Assembly (NCBI GenBank): GCA_903863295.1
Contig: CAIPBM010000028.1
Location: 45,050 to 109,049 of the forward strand
Reading direction: 5' to 3'
From: an uncultured Verrucomicrobiota bacterium
GTDB taxonomy: Bacteria > Verrucomicrobiota > Verrucomicrobiia > Methylacidiphilales > UBA1321
DNA length: 64,000 nucleotides
The notes under the pieces were generated by a model. That model was not told the origin of the DNA, did not search any database, and worked only from the letters and a program-made list of their open reading frames with translations. Position numbers and translations under genes: made by a program. Of the stretch, positions 28,463-36,892 are shown piece by piece (the first letter of the stretch is position 1; every line of letters begins with the position of its first letter).

Positions 28463-30205
28463 CTACTGGCTCGCCAAGGGATATTCCAAGATGAGCTGCT
28501 TGGTCTTCTGTTTGGTGGCGGGATCGCCGGTGCCGTTGATGACACTGTTGATACCGCTGTTTTCCGTGGCGCCGGAGAGACGGAAGATCAGCGCATTGTG
28601 AAATTTCACGTCGGGACTTTTTGGAGCCTCAATCGCGGTATCGGAGAAAATATTGTCCTGGTTGAAGACGCAATAAATGCCCAGGCCCCAGGCTTCGTGG
28701 GTCTTGACGTTGTCCGCGACTTTGTAGCCGGGATATCCCTTCACCGTGCCATGCTGCCAGGCATCCTGGGTTGGAGGATCGTAAGGCATCTCGCACTGGT
28801 AAAAGTAGACGCGACCGTTCTCGCCATTCCAGAGGGTCATATTCTCCTGGAAGTGCTCTACGAAGAGGCCGTACCAAGTGACGTTGGCTCCATTGACGAT
28901 GAGGCCATTCGCTGCTGGATTAGTGCTCCATCCCGCACCGGCGCCATGATCTGCGCGCCAGATCCAGGCATGATCCCCGATGACGTCGCTGCTGTTGACT
29001 TCCACGCAGGTCTTGACCTGTCCGGGAGAGCCTCCGCCAATCCGGCAGAAGATATCGTAGAGCAGGGTGGGATCGGTGGCGTGGGATTGGGTGCTTCCCG
29101 GTTCGCCCACCTGCAGAAGGACGGGCGATGAGGTTGACCCCGCGTCAAAGAGGACGCAACAGACTTTGACGCCGCTGACATCGGAGATTTCCATGGCGGA
29201 CGTGCCCTTCACGGGATTGAGCGTTGCCATGCCGAGACCGAAGACGATGGTATCCGGGCGGGTGACCTTGATCGGAGCATCAAGTTGATAGATACCGGGA
29301 GTGAGCAGGAGATTTTTCCCGGAGGCCAGCGCATCGTTGATGGTGGCGGCGGTATCGTGATCGGGCTTGGCGATGTAGAATTGGCTGATCGGAATGGAAT
29401 CGCCGACGGGTGGCGTTCCCTCGGTCCAACTCGTGCCGGAGCTGTCCTTTACCAAGGGCGGGACAAAGACGTTATAGTTACCGCTGTCATCGACATAGAG
29501 AAACGGCTTTTCCCGGATGATGGGCGTCTTTTCAATTGTCGTGTAAGGCTTCGCCGGCCAAGTGCCTCCGGGAGGGTTAATGCAGCCAAGGAATACCATG
29601 TTCCAGACGCCGTTGCTCCATGAGGACCATTGAGAATTCCGCGAGAACCACTGCTGCTGGGAACCGGGAATGATCTGGTTGTCGATCTTGGAATCAGCCA
29701 TGTAGCCGCCGCTGGTCCAGCCGTTGTCAAAAAGGGAAAGCGAGCCTTTGATGTGCATCCGGCGGAATGGTGCAGCCTGGGAGACGGTCCATTGATCCAT
29801 GCGACCGCTGGGGATGATCGCCAGGTTTTCGCAGCCTCTCCAGAAGTTGAGACAGCCGCTGTTCTGGGCGCGCTTCGCATCGGAGTGAATTTCTCCGGTG
29901 ATGGTCGTGTCATCTGGCAGTTTGCCGAGACCATAAACCTGGGTGTAGTAGCCGACTTTGACGACGGCCTTGTAAGTACCGGGCTTGAAGAAAATCGCAT
30001 GCCGTTCCGAGCCGAATTCATTGCGCTCTTCCTGCTCATAGATCGAGTCGCATTGGGTTTGGATGGCGGCGGGGTCTGAAGTGGGATCAAAGATCAGGAC
30101 ATTGGGACCGAAGTCGGGTGCTGGGTCGGCAGCACGGGAGACTTGGGTGAAGACCAGGGCCATGAGAACAGCGACGACGGGTATGAGCTTGGATCGATAG
30201 TGCAT
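28463..30205 (-). CDS. Secreted right-handed beta-helix protein (pectate-lyase-superfamily-like), putative glycoside hydrolase
   Basis: Internal Met at 30205 begins the signal peptide MHYRSKLIPVVAVLMALVFTQVSRA. N-terminal block PDFGPNVLIFDPTSDPAAIQTQCD ... GTYKAVVKVG resembles the Pectate_lyase_3 start D.T.AIQ.A ..GTY. Gly/Asn-rich repetitive beta-strand region. The ORF-track start is 30424. Confidence 0.45.
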   Translation of the reverse strand: MHYRSKLIPVVAVLMALVFTQVSRAADPAPDFGPNVLIFDPTSDPAAIQTQCDSIYEQEERNEFGSERHAIFFKPGTYKAVVKVGYYTQVYGLGKLPDDTTITGEIHSDAKRAQNSGCLNFWRGCENLAIIPSGRMDQWTVSQAAPFRRMHIKGSLSLFDNGWTSGGYMADSKIDNQIIPGSQQQWFSRNSQWSSWSNGVWNMVFLGCINPPGGTWPAKPYTTIEKTPIIREKPFLYVDDSGNYNVFVPPLVKDSSGTSWTEGTPPVGDSIPISQFYIAKPDHDTAATINDALASGKNLLLTPGIYQLDAPIKVTRPDTIVFGLGMATLNPVKGTSAMEISDVSGVKVCCVLFDAGSTSSPVLLQVGEPGSTQSHATDPTLLYDIFCRIGGGSPGQVKTCVEVNSSDVIGDHAWIWRADHGAGAGWSTNPAANGLIVNGANVTWYGLFVEHFQENMTLWNGENGRVYFYQCEMPYDPPTQDAWQHGTVKGYPGYKVADNVKTHEAWGLGIYCVFNQDNIFSDTAIEAPKSPDVKFHNALIFRLSGATENSGINSVINGTGDPATKQKTKQLILEYPLASQ

Positions 30206-30483
30206 AGAAGTGTAAATAGTGGGGCGGTGGAATTCTCGGTTGAAGGAGGGTGTGAAGAGGGTGATGCTGGCGTTTAAAAATACGTGATCAGAGGAGAAAA
30301 TCGTATCGAGAAAAGCGATAAAAGTGTTAACAGCAAAACTCGACTGTCCAAGTGTGCATAAAATTGCATTAACTGTCAGTAAAAATATCGGCCAGTCCCT
30401 TTTTCTTTCTTTTACCGAGGGCAAGCCGCCGGATTTATCGGCAGGAATGAGAGGAACTGGATCGACCGTAAGGACAGGGTTCT

Positions 30484-30511
30484 TGACATCCTCTCCACCT
30501 TCCTTAGAGTT
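30484..30511 (+). promoter_or_regulatory. Candidate sigma70-like promoter upstream of hpnH (-35 TTGACA, 16-nt spacer, -10 TAGAGT)
   Basis: Perfect -35 hexamer at 30484-30489. The -10-like hexamer at 30506-30511 lies 24 nt upstream of the hpnH ATG. Confidence 0.3.
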
Positions 30512-30534
30512 AGTAGTTTAACTAATCCAAAACT

Positions 30535-31545
30535 ATGGTCCCAATCTCTCAAGCCTGGACGGTCGCCTCATATGTCGCCACCCAGAAATACATCAAAGGC
30601 CGCAAGCGTTATCCGCTCGTCTTGATGCTCGAACCTCTTTTCCGCTGCAACCTCGCCTGCGCCGGCTGTGGCAAGATCCAATATCCGGATCATATTCTCA
30701 ACAAACGCCTGACCCCCCAGCAGTGTTGGGATGCTGTCGAAGAATGCGGCGCCCCGATGGTCAGCATCCCCGGTGGTGAACCCCTGATCCATCCAGAAAT
30801 CGGCGAAATCGTAGAAGGGCTCGTCAAGCGCAAGAAGTATATTTATCTCTGCACCAATGCATTGCTTCTCAAGCGCAAGCTTGATCTCTTCAAGCCCTCC
30901 ACGTATCTCACCTTCTCCGTGCACATGGACGGTCTCAAGGAAGAGCATGATACCGCCGTCTGCCGCGATGGCACCTACGACATCGCCGTGGAAGCGATCA
31001 AGGAAGCCGTCAAACGTGGCTTTCGCGTGACGACCAACACAACTCTCTTCAACGGCACCAATCCCGCTCACGTCCGTGAGTTCTTTGATGAGATGATGAA
31101 GCTCGGCGTCGAAGGCATGATGCTTTCGCCCGGCTATACCTACGAGAAGGCCCCTGATCAGGCCAACTTCCTCCATCGCGACCAGACCAAGGCGCTCTTC
31201 AAGCAGATCCTTTCCAACCCCAAGAAGAGCTGGCGCTTCAATCTCTCTCCGCTGTTCCTCAAGTTCCTTCAGGGCGATCTCGATTTCGAGTGCACCCCGT
31301 GGGGCAGCCCGGCTTACAATATCTTCGGATGGCAGAAGCCCTGCTACCTCTTGCAGGACGGCTATGTCAGCACATTCAAGGAATACCTCGAATTGACCGA
31401 CTGGGACAACTACGGCAACAAGAGCGATAATCCCAAGTGCCAGGATTGCATGGTCCATTGCGGCTTCGAACCCTCTGCGGTCGATGCCACCTTTGGCTCG
31501 CTCTCCGGCTTCATGCAAACGGCCAAGGCCACGATGGGAGCTTAA
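30535..31545 (+). CDS. hpnH: Adenosyl-hopene transferase (hopanoid biosynthesis radical SAM protein HpnH)
   Basis: Radical SAM motif CNLACAGC inside RYPLVLMLEPLFRCNLACAGCGKIQYPD, which is near-identical to the conserved HpnH N-terminal block. Total 336 aa, typical for HpnH. Confidence 0.8.
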   Translation: MVPISQAWTVASYVATQKYIKGRKRYPLVLMLEPLFRCNLACAGCGKIQYPDHILNKRLTPQQCWDAVEECGAPMVSIPGGEPLIHPEIGEIVEGLVKRKKYIYLCTNALLLKRKLDLFKPSTYLTFSVHMDGLKEEHDTAVCRDGTYDIAVEAIKEAVKRGFRVTTNTTLFNGTNPAHVREFFDEMMKLGVEGMMLSPGYTYEKAPDQANFLHRDQTKALFKQILSNPKKSWRFNLSPLFLKFLQGDLDFECTPWGSPAYNIFGWQKPCYLLQDGYVSTFKEYLELTDWDNYGNKSDNPKCQDCMVHCGFEPSAVDATFGSLSGFMQTAKATMGA

Positions 31546-31581
31546 TCGCTCCCTCACATCCCGGTATTTCCCAGAATTATT

Positions 31582-31974
31582 ATGCCCGCTGATATCAAGA
31601 CTCACCCCGTCAACCTGCATACCTCGCTGCAAGGTTCCGTTTTTACCTTTCAGTCTGACCAGGACCGCATCGAGGCCATCGACAAGGCTTTCGATTATCG
31701 TGGCGATGTGACTTTGACCCTGGCGGGTGAGCAACTCGAGTGCTTCATCTTCAACCGGGATGCCAGGGCCAACCCGCCCCGCCTCCAGGTTTTCATCAAG
31801 GGCAGCGAAGCTCCCCGCGTGATTCCCTACTCTGACGTATTAGGCATCGCCTTCACCGGCAAAGATACCGCCGATGGAAAATCGTGGGAAGCCTGGGTGA
31901 ACAAGAAGGAACACGAGCGCCAGGCGGAAGCCGATCGCATCAAGGCCGAAGCCGAAGCCCAGGGACATCTTTAG
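31582..31974 (+). CDS. Hypothetical protein (130 aa) downstream of hpnH
   Basis: The ORF lies 36 nt after the hpnH stop. No signal peptide. K/E-rich C-terminal tail. A GC-rich hairpin follows its stop. Confidence 0.4.
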   Translation: MPADIKTHPVNLHTSLQGSVFTFQSDQDRIEAIDKAFDYRGDVTLTLAGEQLECFIFNRDARANPPRLQVFIKGSEAPRVIPYSDVLGIAFTGKDTADGKSWEAWVNKKEHERQAEADRIKAEAEAQGHL

Positions 31975-32159
31975 TCTTGGCTTAAATTCCCCGGAGGGCC
32001 CGGCTCCTGCCGGGCCACGGACACTCCATGCGTTCCGATTCGAACGTCTAGTAAATCGCGCGCCGGTCATCGGCCGCTGATCCCTCGACCATGGTTGGCC
32101 TGTGGGCAAAGTCATCCAGAAAGTTGTCCGGTTCAATCAAGAGATGTTAGTCTGGCGTC

Positions 32160-33752
32160 GTGCCTACTCAACCATCCGCGCTGGATCGACGGAGATTTTT
32201 GCGTCTCATCGGGCACGGAACCCTGGCGGCGACCTTGCCGGGCGTCGCGTTGGCGGATGAAGGCGAAACTGTCACGATTTCCATCCTCCACACGACCGAT
32301 CTGCACGGTCATATTTTGCCGACGGTCGATTACAACGACCATCCCGACCTAGGAGGTCTCGCCCGTTGCGCGACACAAATCCGCCGTTGGCGCAGCGCGA
32401 ATGCCAACTCGATTCTGGTCGATATTGGCGATGTTTACCAGGGTGCCGAGGTTGGCTTGCGGGCGCAGGGGGCGACCATGATCCGCGCTTTCAACGCGCT
32501 CGCTTATGACGCTTGGGTGATCGGCAATCACGAGTTCGATTGGGGCATGGAGCCACTCGCCGCCTGCATAAAGAGCTCTGCGATGCCCGTGCTCTCAGGT
32601 AACGCCTTAATCGAGGGAAAGCCCTTGCGTTCCATGCCGGAATCGTCTGGTCCGCTGGCCCAAATTCGTCCCTGGCTGATCAAGGAAATCTCAGGCTTCC
32701 GGATCGCCATCATCGGGCTGACCACTCCGGCGCTGACCAGTTGGCTCCCGCCGGAAAACCTGCGCGGATTTGAAACGCTCGATCCCGTCGAGTCCCTGCG
32801 TAACTTGCTGCGCGAGGTACAAGCCACGAAGCCCGATGCCATCGTGCTCGCGGGGCACATGGGGCTCACGCGCCGGGATGACTACGCCAATCGCGTCGGT
32901 GCCCTGACCCGGGAGTTTCCTCAAGTCGTCGCGTTCATCGGGGGGCACACCCACCAGAATCATTCCAGCGAGATCGTGAACAACGTCCTCTATACCCAGG
33001 CCGATCACTACGGCATCTACGCGGGCAAGATTGATCTCACCTTTCATCGGGGCGCGCGCCAGTTGTTGAAACGGGAGGCCGTGACCGTGCCCATGGATCA
33101 TCAGGTTCCCCTCGATCCCCAGGTGCTTTCCCTCGCCAAAGCGGATCTCGACGCTTCGGATCTGATTCTCGCGCGGGATATCGGGGAGCTGACCGAGCCG
33201 TTCAGTCTCGCCTCCAGCTTCGGTCAGCCCAGCGACATCGAGCGTCTCATCGGCAGCGCCATGAAGGATGCACTTCAGCAACGAGGTTGCGAGATTGACG
33301 CTGTCGTCCACGGTCTTTTCGATGACAAACAGCCGTTCCCCGCCGGAACCAAGACCGTGGCCGATGCCTGGAGAATTTTGCCTTACGAAAACCAGATCGT
33401 GACCGTCGAATTGTCTCGCGACGACTTGATCACCCTCGTCCGCGATTTTAATTCCGGGCGCGAATTCCGCAATGTCATGGGCATCCGTCCGGTGCTTTCC
33501 AACAACGCCACCCAAACCACGGTGGACGATTTGCGGGCCATGGACGGCTCCCCCTTGCCTAGCAAACCAAGCTATCGCGTCGCCCTGAACTCGTTCGACT
33601 CGCAATCAGGCGGCCAACGTTTCCCGGTGGTGGCCAAATTGGTTGCCAATCCGTCCAACCATCGCGTGCTTCATCCCATTTTCATTCGCGACGCCTTGAT
33701 CGAATTTTTCGTCACACGGCAAAAAGTAGGGCGCAATTCATTGCTGGTATGA
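32160..33752 (+). CDS. Tat-exported bifunctional metallophosphatase / 5'-nucleotidase family protein
   Basis: Twin-arginine signal LDRRRFLRLIGHGTLAATLPGVALA. Calcineurin-like phosphoesterase motifs ISILHTTDLHGHI and GNHEFD. C-terminal 5'-nucleotidase substrate-binding domain. Confidence 0.8.
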   Translation: MPTQPSALDRRRFLRLIGHGTLAATLPGVALADEGETVTISILHTTDLHGHILPTVDYNDHPDLGGLARCATQIRRWRSANANSILVDIGDVYQGAEVGLRAQGATMIRAFNALAYDAWVIGNHEFDWGMEPLAACIKSSAMPVLSGNALIEGKPLRSMPESSGPLAQIRPWLIKEISGFRIAIIGLTTPALTSWLPPENLRGFETLDPVESLRNLLREVQATKPDAIVLAGHMGLTRRDDYANRVGALTREFPQVVAFIGGHTHQNHSSEIVNNVLYTQADHYGIYAGKIDLTFHRGARQLLKREAVTVPMDHQVPLDPQVLSLAKADLDASDLILARDIGELTEPFSLASSFGQPSDIERLIGSAMKDALQQRGCEIDAVVHGLFDDKQPFPAGTKTVADAWRILPYENQIVTVELSRDDLITLVRDFNSGREFRNVMGIRPVLSNNATQTTVDDLRAMDGSPLPSKPSYRVALNSFDSQSGGQRFPVVAKLVANPSNHRVLHPIFIRDALIEFFVTRQKVGRNSLLV

Positions 33753-33806
33753 GATGCCGGAATTGTCGTGTTCAATCCAACGACGACCAAAGATTATAGA
33801 CGCTTG

Positions 33807-35210
33807 TTAAGCGGACGCTTCGGCTAGATCCCCCGGTGCGCGATAATGGTGCGGTCCACCCAATCGCATAAATTGAGAGTGGAGGACAAGACCACTCCCT
33901 AAAGCCAGTAAGCTGAGCCCGGAGGCCGCCAGATAGGTGAGGCGGTAATTATGCGCTGCGTGATCCAGCCAGAAGCCCATCAACGGATTGTAGACCATGA
34001 TCCCCAGGTTCATGGCGATGTAGGTCGCGGAATGAAACTGGGCGAACTTTAATTTGGGAACCAGAACCTGGGTTAATCCCGCAACCGAAGTCATCCAGAC
34101 TCCAGACACCACCCCATGGGCCACCAAAGCGATGGCAAACGTCTCCGGGGTGCGCGCAAATAGCCCTCCCCAGAGCGTGACCCCACTATAGAGCGTGATG
34201 GCCACCAAACTGACGCGCAGGGGGTGAAAACGATCCGCCAGCCATCCGAGCCCATAAGAGACGCTGAGTGAAATCGCATAGGTCAGGGCCAGATACTTGC
34301 CAAAAGTGCCTAGGCTCATGTGGATGCTTTTGGCGAAAAAAATGTTGAATAAATTGACGGGGGCGAACGCCACGTAGGGCAGCCCGAACGTGGCAAAAAA
34401 CCAGAGGTAATACGAATGGCCAAAGCACTCGCGAACATAGGTTTTGATCGAGGTGAAGGGATTGCCCGGACTCGTCGTCACGGGAGGGTACTCACCTTCC
34501 TTGACCTTCAAGCACATGCTCGTGAACCCAGTGCCGTAGAGCAAGGCGATGCCCAGAAAAATCCAGAAATACTGGGTCTCGGCATGCCCCAGTAAAAAGT
34601 AGTTGAAGACAATCGCCGCGAGCAGCGAGACGGTGCGAAAAAGGCCGAAAAAACGTCCCAAAAGCGAACGGGGAACCACATCATTGACCAGGCCATTGAA
34701 GATGGAAAAGCCGCCATTGGAGGCGAGCTCAAAGATCGTCCAGAAAACCACAAACCAGCCGATGACAAGGGTGTTGAGTCCGGGAGAGTTGGCACCCAAG
34801 GCCCGATCCAGCCACGCCCCCAGCGCAGGGCTGAAGGCCAGCCCCACAATTCCGGCAACCGCCACCGGGGTTATCGCGAGTAAATAGGGGATTCGCCGTC
34901 CCATCGGGCCGCGATGGTGGTCGGAGCGGTAGCTCAGGATCGGGCCGAGAATCACCAGAACGATCGGAGGGATTGAACCCACCAGGACGCCGTTGACCAA
35001 ATCAGAGGCGTCGAATTTTTTCAGGAGCGCCTCGACCGTGTAGAGGACACCCCGTTCCTTCATTTGCCACGAGAAATCGCCCCAGAGCAGCCAAAAAAAG
35101 AGCACGCCCAGGGTCGCCTTCGTATAGGTCAGGGTGCCGACGCTCCATCTCTTTGAACTGCCCTGGGCAAGATTGGGTGAGGGCATGGGTTCGGCGACGC
35201 CTGGTTTCAT
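33807..35210 (-). CDS. MFS transporter (sugar:cation symporter-like)
   Basis: Twelve predicted TM helices. MFS loop motif SDHHRGPMGRRIPYLL (D-R-x-G-R-R-like) between TM2 and TM3. Confidence 0.7.
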   Translation of the reverse strand: MKPGVAEPMPSPNLAQGSSKRWSVGTLTYTKATLGVLFFWLLWGDFSWQMKERGVLYTVEALLKKFDASDLVNGVLVGSIPPIVLVILGPILSYRSDHHRGPMGRRIPYLLAITPVAVAGIVGLAFSPALGAWLDRALGANSPGLNTLVIGWFVVFWTIFELASNGGFSIFNGLVNDVVPRSLLGRFFGLFRTVSLLAAIVFNYFLLGHAETQYFWIFLGIALLYGTGFTSMCLKVKEGEYPPVTTSPGNPFTSIKTYVRECFGHSYYLWFFATFGLPYVAFAPVNLFNIFFAKSIHMSLGTFGKYLALTYAISLSVSYGLGWLADRFHPLRVSLVAITLYSGVTLWGGLFARTPETFAIALVAHGVVSGVWMTSVAGLTQVLVPKLKFAQFHSATYIAMNLGIMVYNPLMGFWLDHAAHNYRLTYLAASGLSLLALGSGLVLHSQFMRLGGPHHYRAPGDLAEASA

Positions 35211-35306
35211 AGGGTCAGGACTCAGGCGATTAAAGGAACGACTGGGGCTTTTCTCAAGATATTCAGTATCCAGCCCTCGAAACAGGGAGAGATAATCCGG
35301 AATAGA

Positions 35307-35351
35307 TTCACATTAAATTGTGAATAGTGCAATTTATTCTTGTTCTATTCA
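35307..35351. promoter_or_regulatory. Candidate operator: 18-bp perfect palindrome TTCACATTAAATTGTGAA, overlapping a second inverted repeat TGAATAG-N17-CTATTCA, in the divergent promoter region between the MFS transporter and the fucose-permease-family gene
   Basis: The palindromes are visible directly. The region is AT-rich and sits between divergently transcribed transporter genes. Confidence 0.45.
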
Positions 35352-35461
35352 GAATGGATGATTACTTTATTCCGAGCGATGCGGGACGCACTGAGTTCCC
35401 TCTAATTCATGGAGCTCAACTGCCCGATCAACCGACCTTAAGGTAGATATCGCTTCAATTT

Positions 35462-36883
35462 ATGGCCACGCTCTCCCCCTCCATCGACCATACCCTCAAC
35501 CCGTCGCTTGAAACCAGCCGGTCGAGCCATCGCGGTTCATTTGCGATCATGACCGTCCTGTTTTTCATGTGGGGATTCATGACCGTCTTCAACGACATCC
35601 TCATTCCCCGTTTCAAGGAGGCGTTTACGCTCAGCTATTTCGAGGCGATGCTCGTCCAATTCGCGTTCTTTGGCGCCTATTTCATCGGGTCGTTGCTCTA
35701 CTTCATCATCTCGGCGACCACCGGCGATCCGATTGCGAGGATCGGTTACAAAAACGGCGTGGTCATCGGGCTCCTCATCTCCGCCACCGGGAGCGCCATT
35801 TTCTGGCCGGCGGCGAGCCTGGCTTCCTATCCGATGTTTCTGGGCGCGCTCTTCGTCGTCGGGCTTGGCTTTGCCATGTTGCAAATCGCGGCCAATCCGT
35901 ATGTCACCATTCTCGGGCCGGAAAAAACCGCGTCTTCGCGCCTGAATCTCGCCCAAGGTTTCAATTCGCTGGGCACGACGATTGGGCCCCTCATCGGCGG
36001 CTGGTTGATTTTTCAATACTTTGCCAAGACGGGAGCTCACGGGGCCGACTCGGTCAAAGTACCTTATCTCATTTTCAGCATCGTCTTCGTGGTCATTGCG
36101 GTGATTTTCTATTTCATCCATTTGCCTCATATTGGCGAAGGCAAGGTTGAGCCGGGGGCAGGGGCCTTGAAGTATCCCCACGTCGTCTTGGGAATTATCG
36201 CGATTTTCATGTATGTCGGCGGCGAGGTCTCCGTCGGCAGTTCGATCATCAATTTTCTGGGCCAAAAATCGGTCGCCAATCTCGACGCTGTGGAGGCGAG
36301 CAAGTACGTCTCGCTCTTCTGGGGCGGCATGCTGATGGGCCGTTTCATGGGAGCCGTGGAATTGAGCGAGTTGACCCGGCGCAACAAGCAAATCTTCCTC
36401 GCCTTGATCCCGCTCGCGGGCCTGCTGATCCTCTGGAGCGTCCGGGGTTGGGGATTCGTGCAATATTACTTCCCGTTTTTGATTCTCTGCTGGGCGTTGT
36501 TCCAGCTCGGCCAATCGCGCGCGGCGCGCACCTTGATGATTTTCGCGCTCACGGTCGTCACGCTTTTGCTCGCGGCCATCCTGGTCGGCGGAACCGTCGC
36601 CATGTGGTGCATCGTGGCCATTGGCCTGTTCACCTCAATCGGGTGGTCCAACACCTTTTCCCTCGCCCTCGAAGGCACGGGCGTCTTGAAGAGTCAGGTC
36701 TCTTCCTTGCTCGTCATGGCCATTCTGGGTGGCGCCATTCTACCGCCCATGCAGGGAGCGGTGGCCGATTACACCAAGAACCTCCAACTCTCCTACATCG
36801 TGCCTCTCATCGCCTATCTCTACGTCGCCTTCTATGGTTTGTATGGGCACCGCGTGGGTCGTCCGCGCGAGATTGCCGCCTGA
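35462..36883 (+). CDS. L-fucose:H+ symporter-family MFS permease (FucP/GluP-like)
   Basis: FucP-family N-terminal block FFMWGFMTVFNDILIPRFKEAFTLSYFEAMLVQFAFFGAYFIGS. Twelve TM helices. Confidence 0.8.
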   Translation: MATLSPSIDHTLNPSLETSRSSHRGSFAIMTVLFFMWGFMTVFNDILIPRFKEAFTLSYFEAMLVQFAFFGAYFIGSLLYFIISATTGDPIARIGYKNGVVIGLLISATGSAIFWPAASLASYPMFLGALFVVGLGFAMLQIAANPYVTILGPEKTASSRLNLAQGFNSLGTTIGPLIGGWLIFQYFAKTGAHGADSVKVPYLIFSIVFVVIAVIFYFIHLPHIGEGKVEPGAGALKYPHVVLGIIAIFMYVGGEVSVGSSIINFLGQKSVANLDAVEASKYVSLFWGGMLMGRFMGAVELSELTRRNKQIFLALIPLAGLLILWSVRGWGFVQYYFPFLILCWALFQLGQSRAARTLMIFALTVVTLLLAAILVGGTVAMWCIVAIGLFTSIGWSNTFSLALEGTGVLKSQVSSLLVMAILGGAILPPMQGAVADYTKNLQLSYIVPLIAYLYVAFYGLYGHRVGRPREIAA

Positions 36884-36892
36884 AATCGGGCC

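Noticed and set aside
30568-31734. 388-aa minus-strand ORF overlapping hpnH
   Set aside because: The plus-strand frame carries the CNLACAGC radical-SAM motif and conserved HpnH blocks. The minus frame has no motifs.
31995-32021. GC-rich hairpin GGCCCGGCTCCTGCCGGGCC after the 130-aa ORF, as an intrinsic terminator
   Set aside because: It is a perfect 7-bp stem but has no downstream T-tract. It is kept only as a note, not listed as a terminator.
35537-36514. 325-aa minus-strand ORF and several 80-190-aa plus-strand ORFs in other frames inside the fucP-family gene
   Set aside because: They overlap a 12-TM permease with the conserved FucP N-terminal block. The alternative frames are Arg/Pro/Gly-rich.
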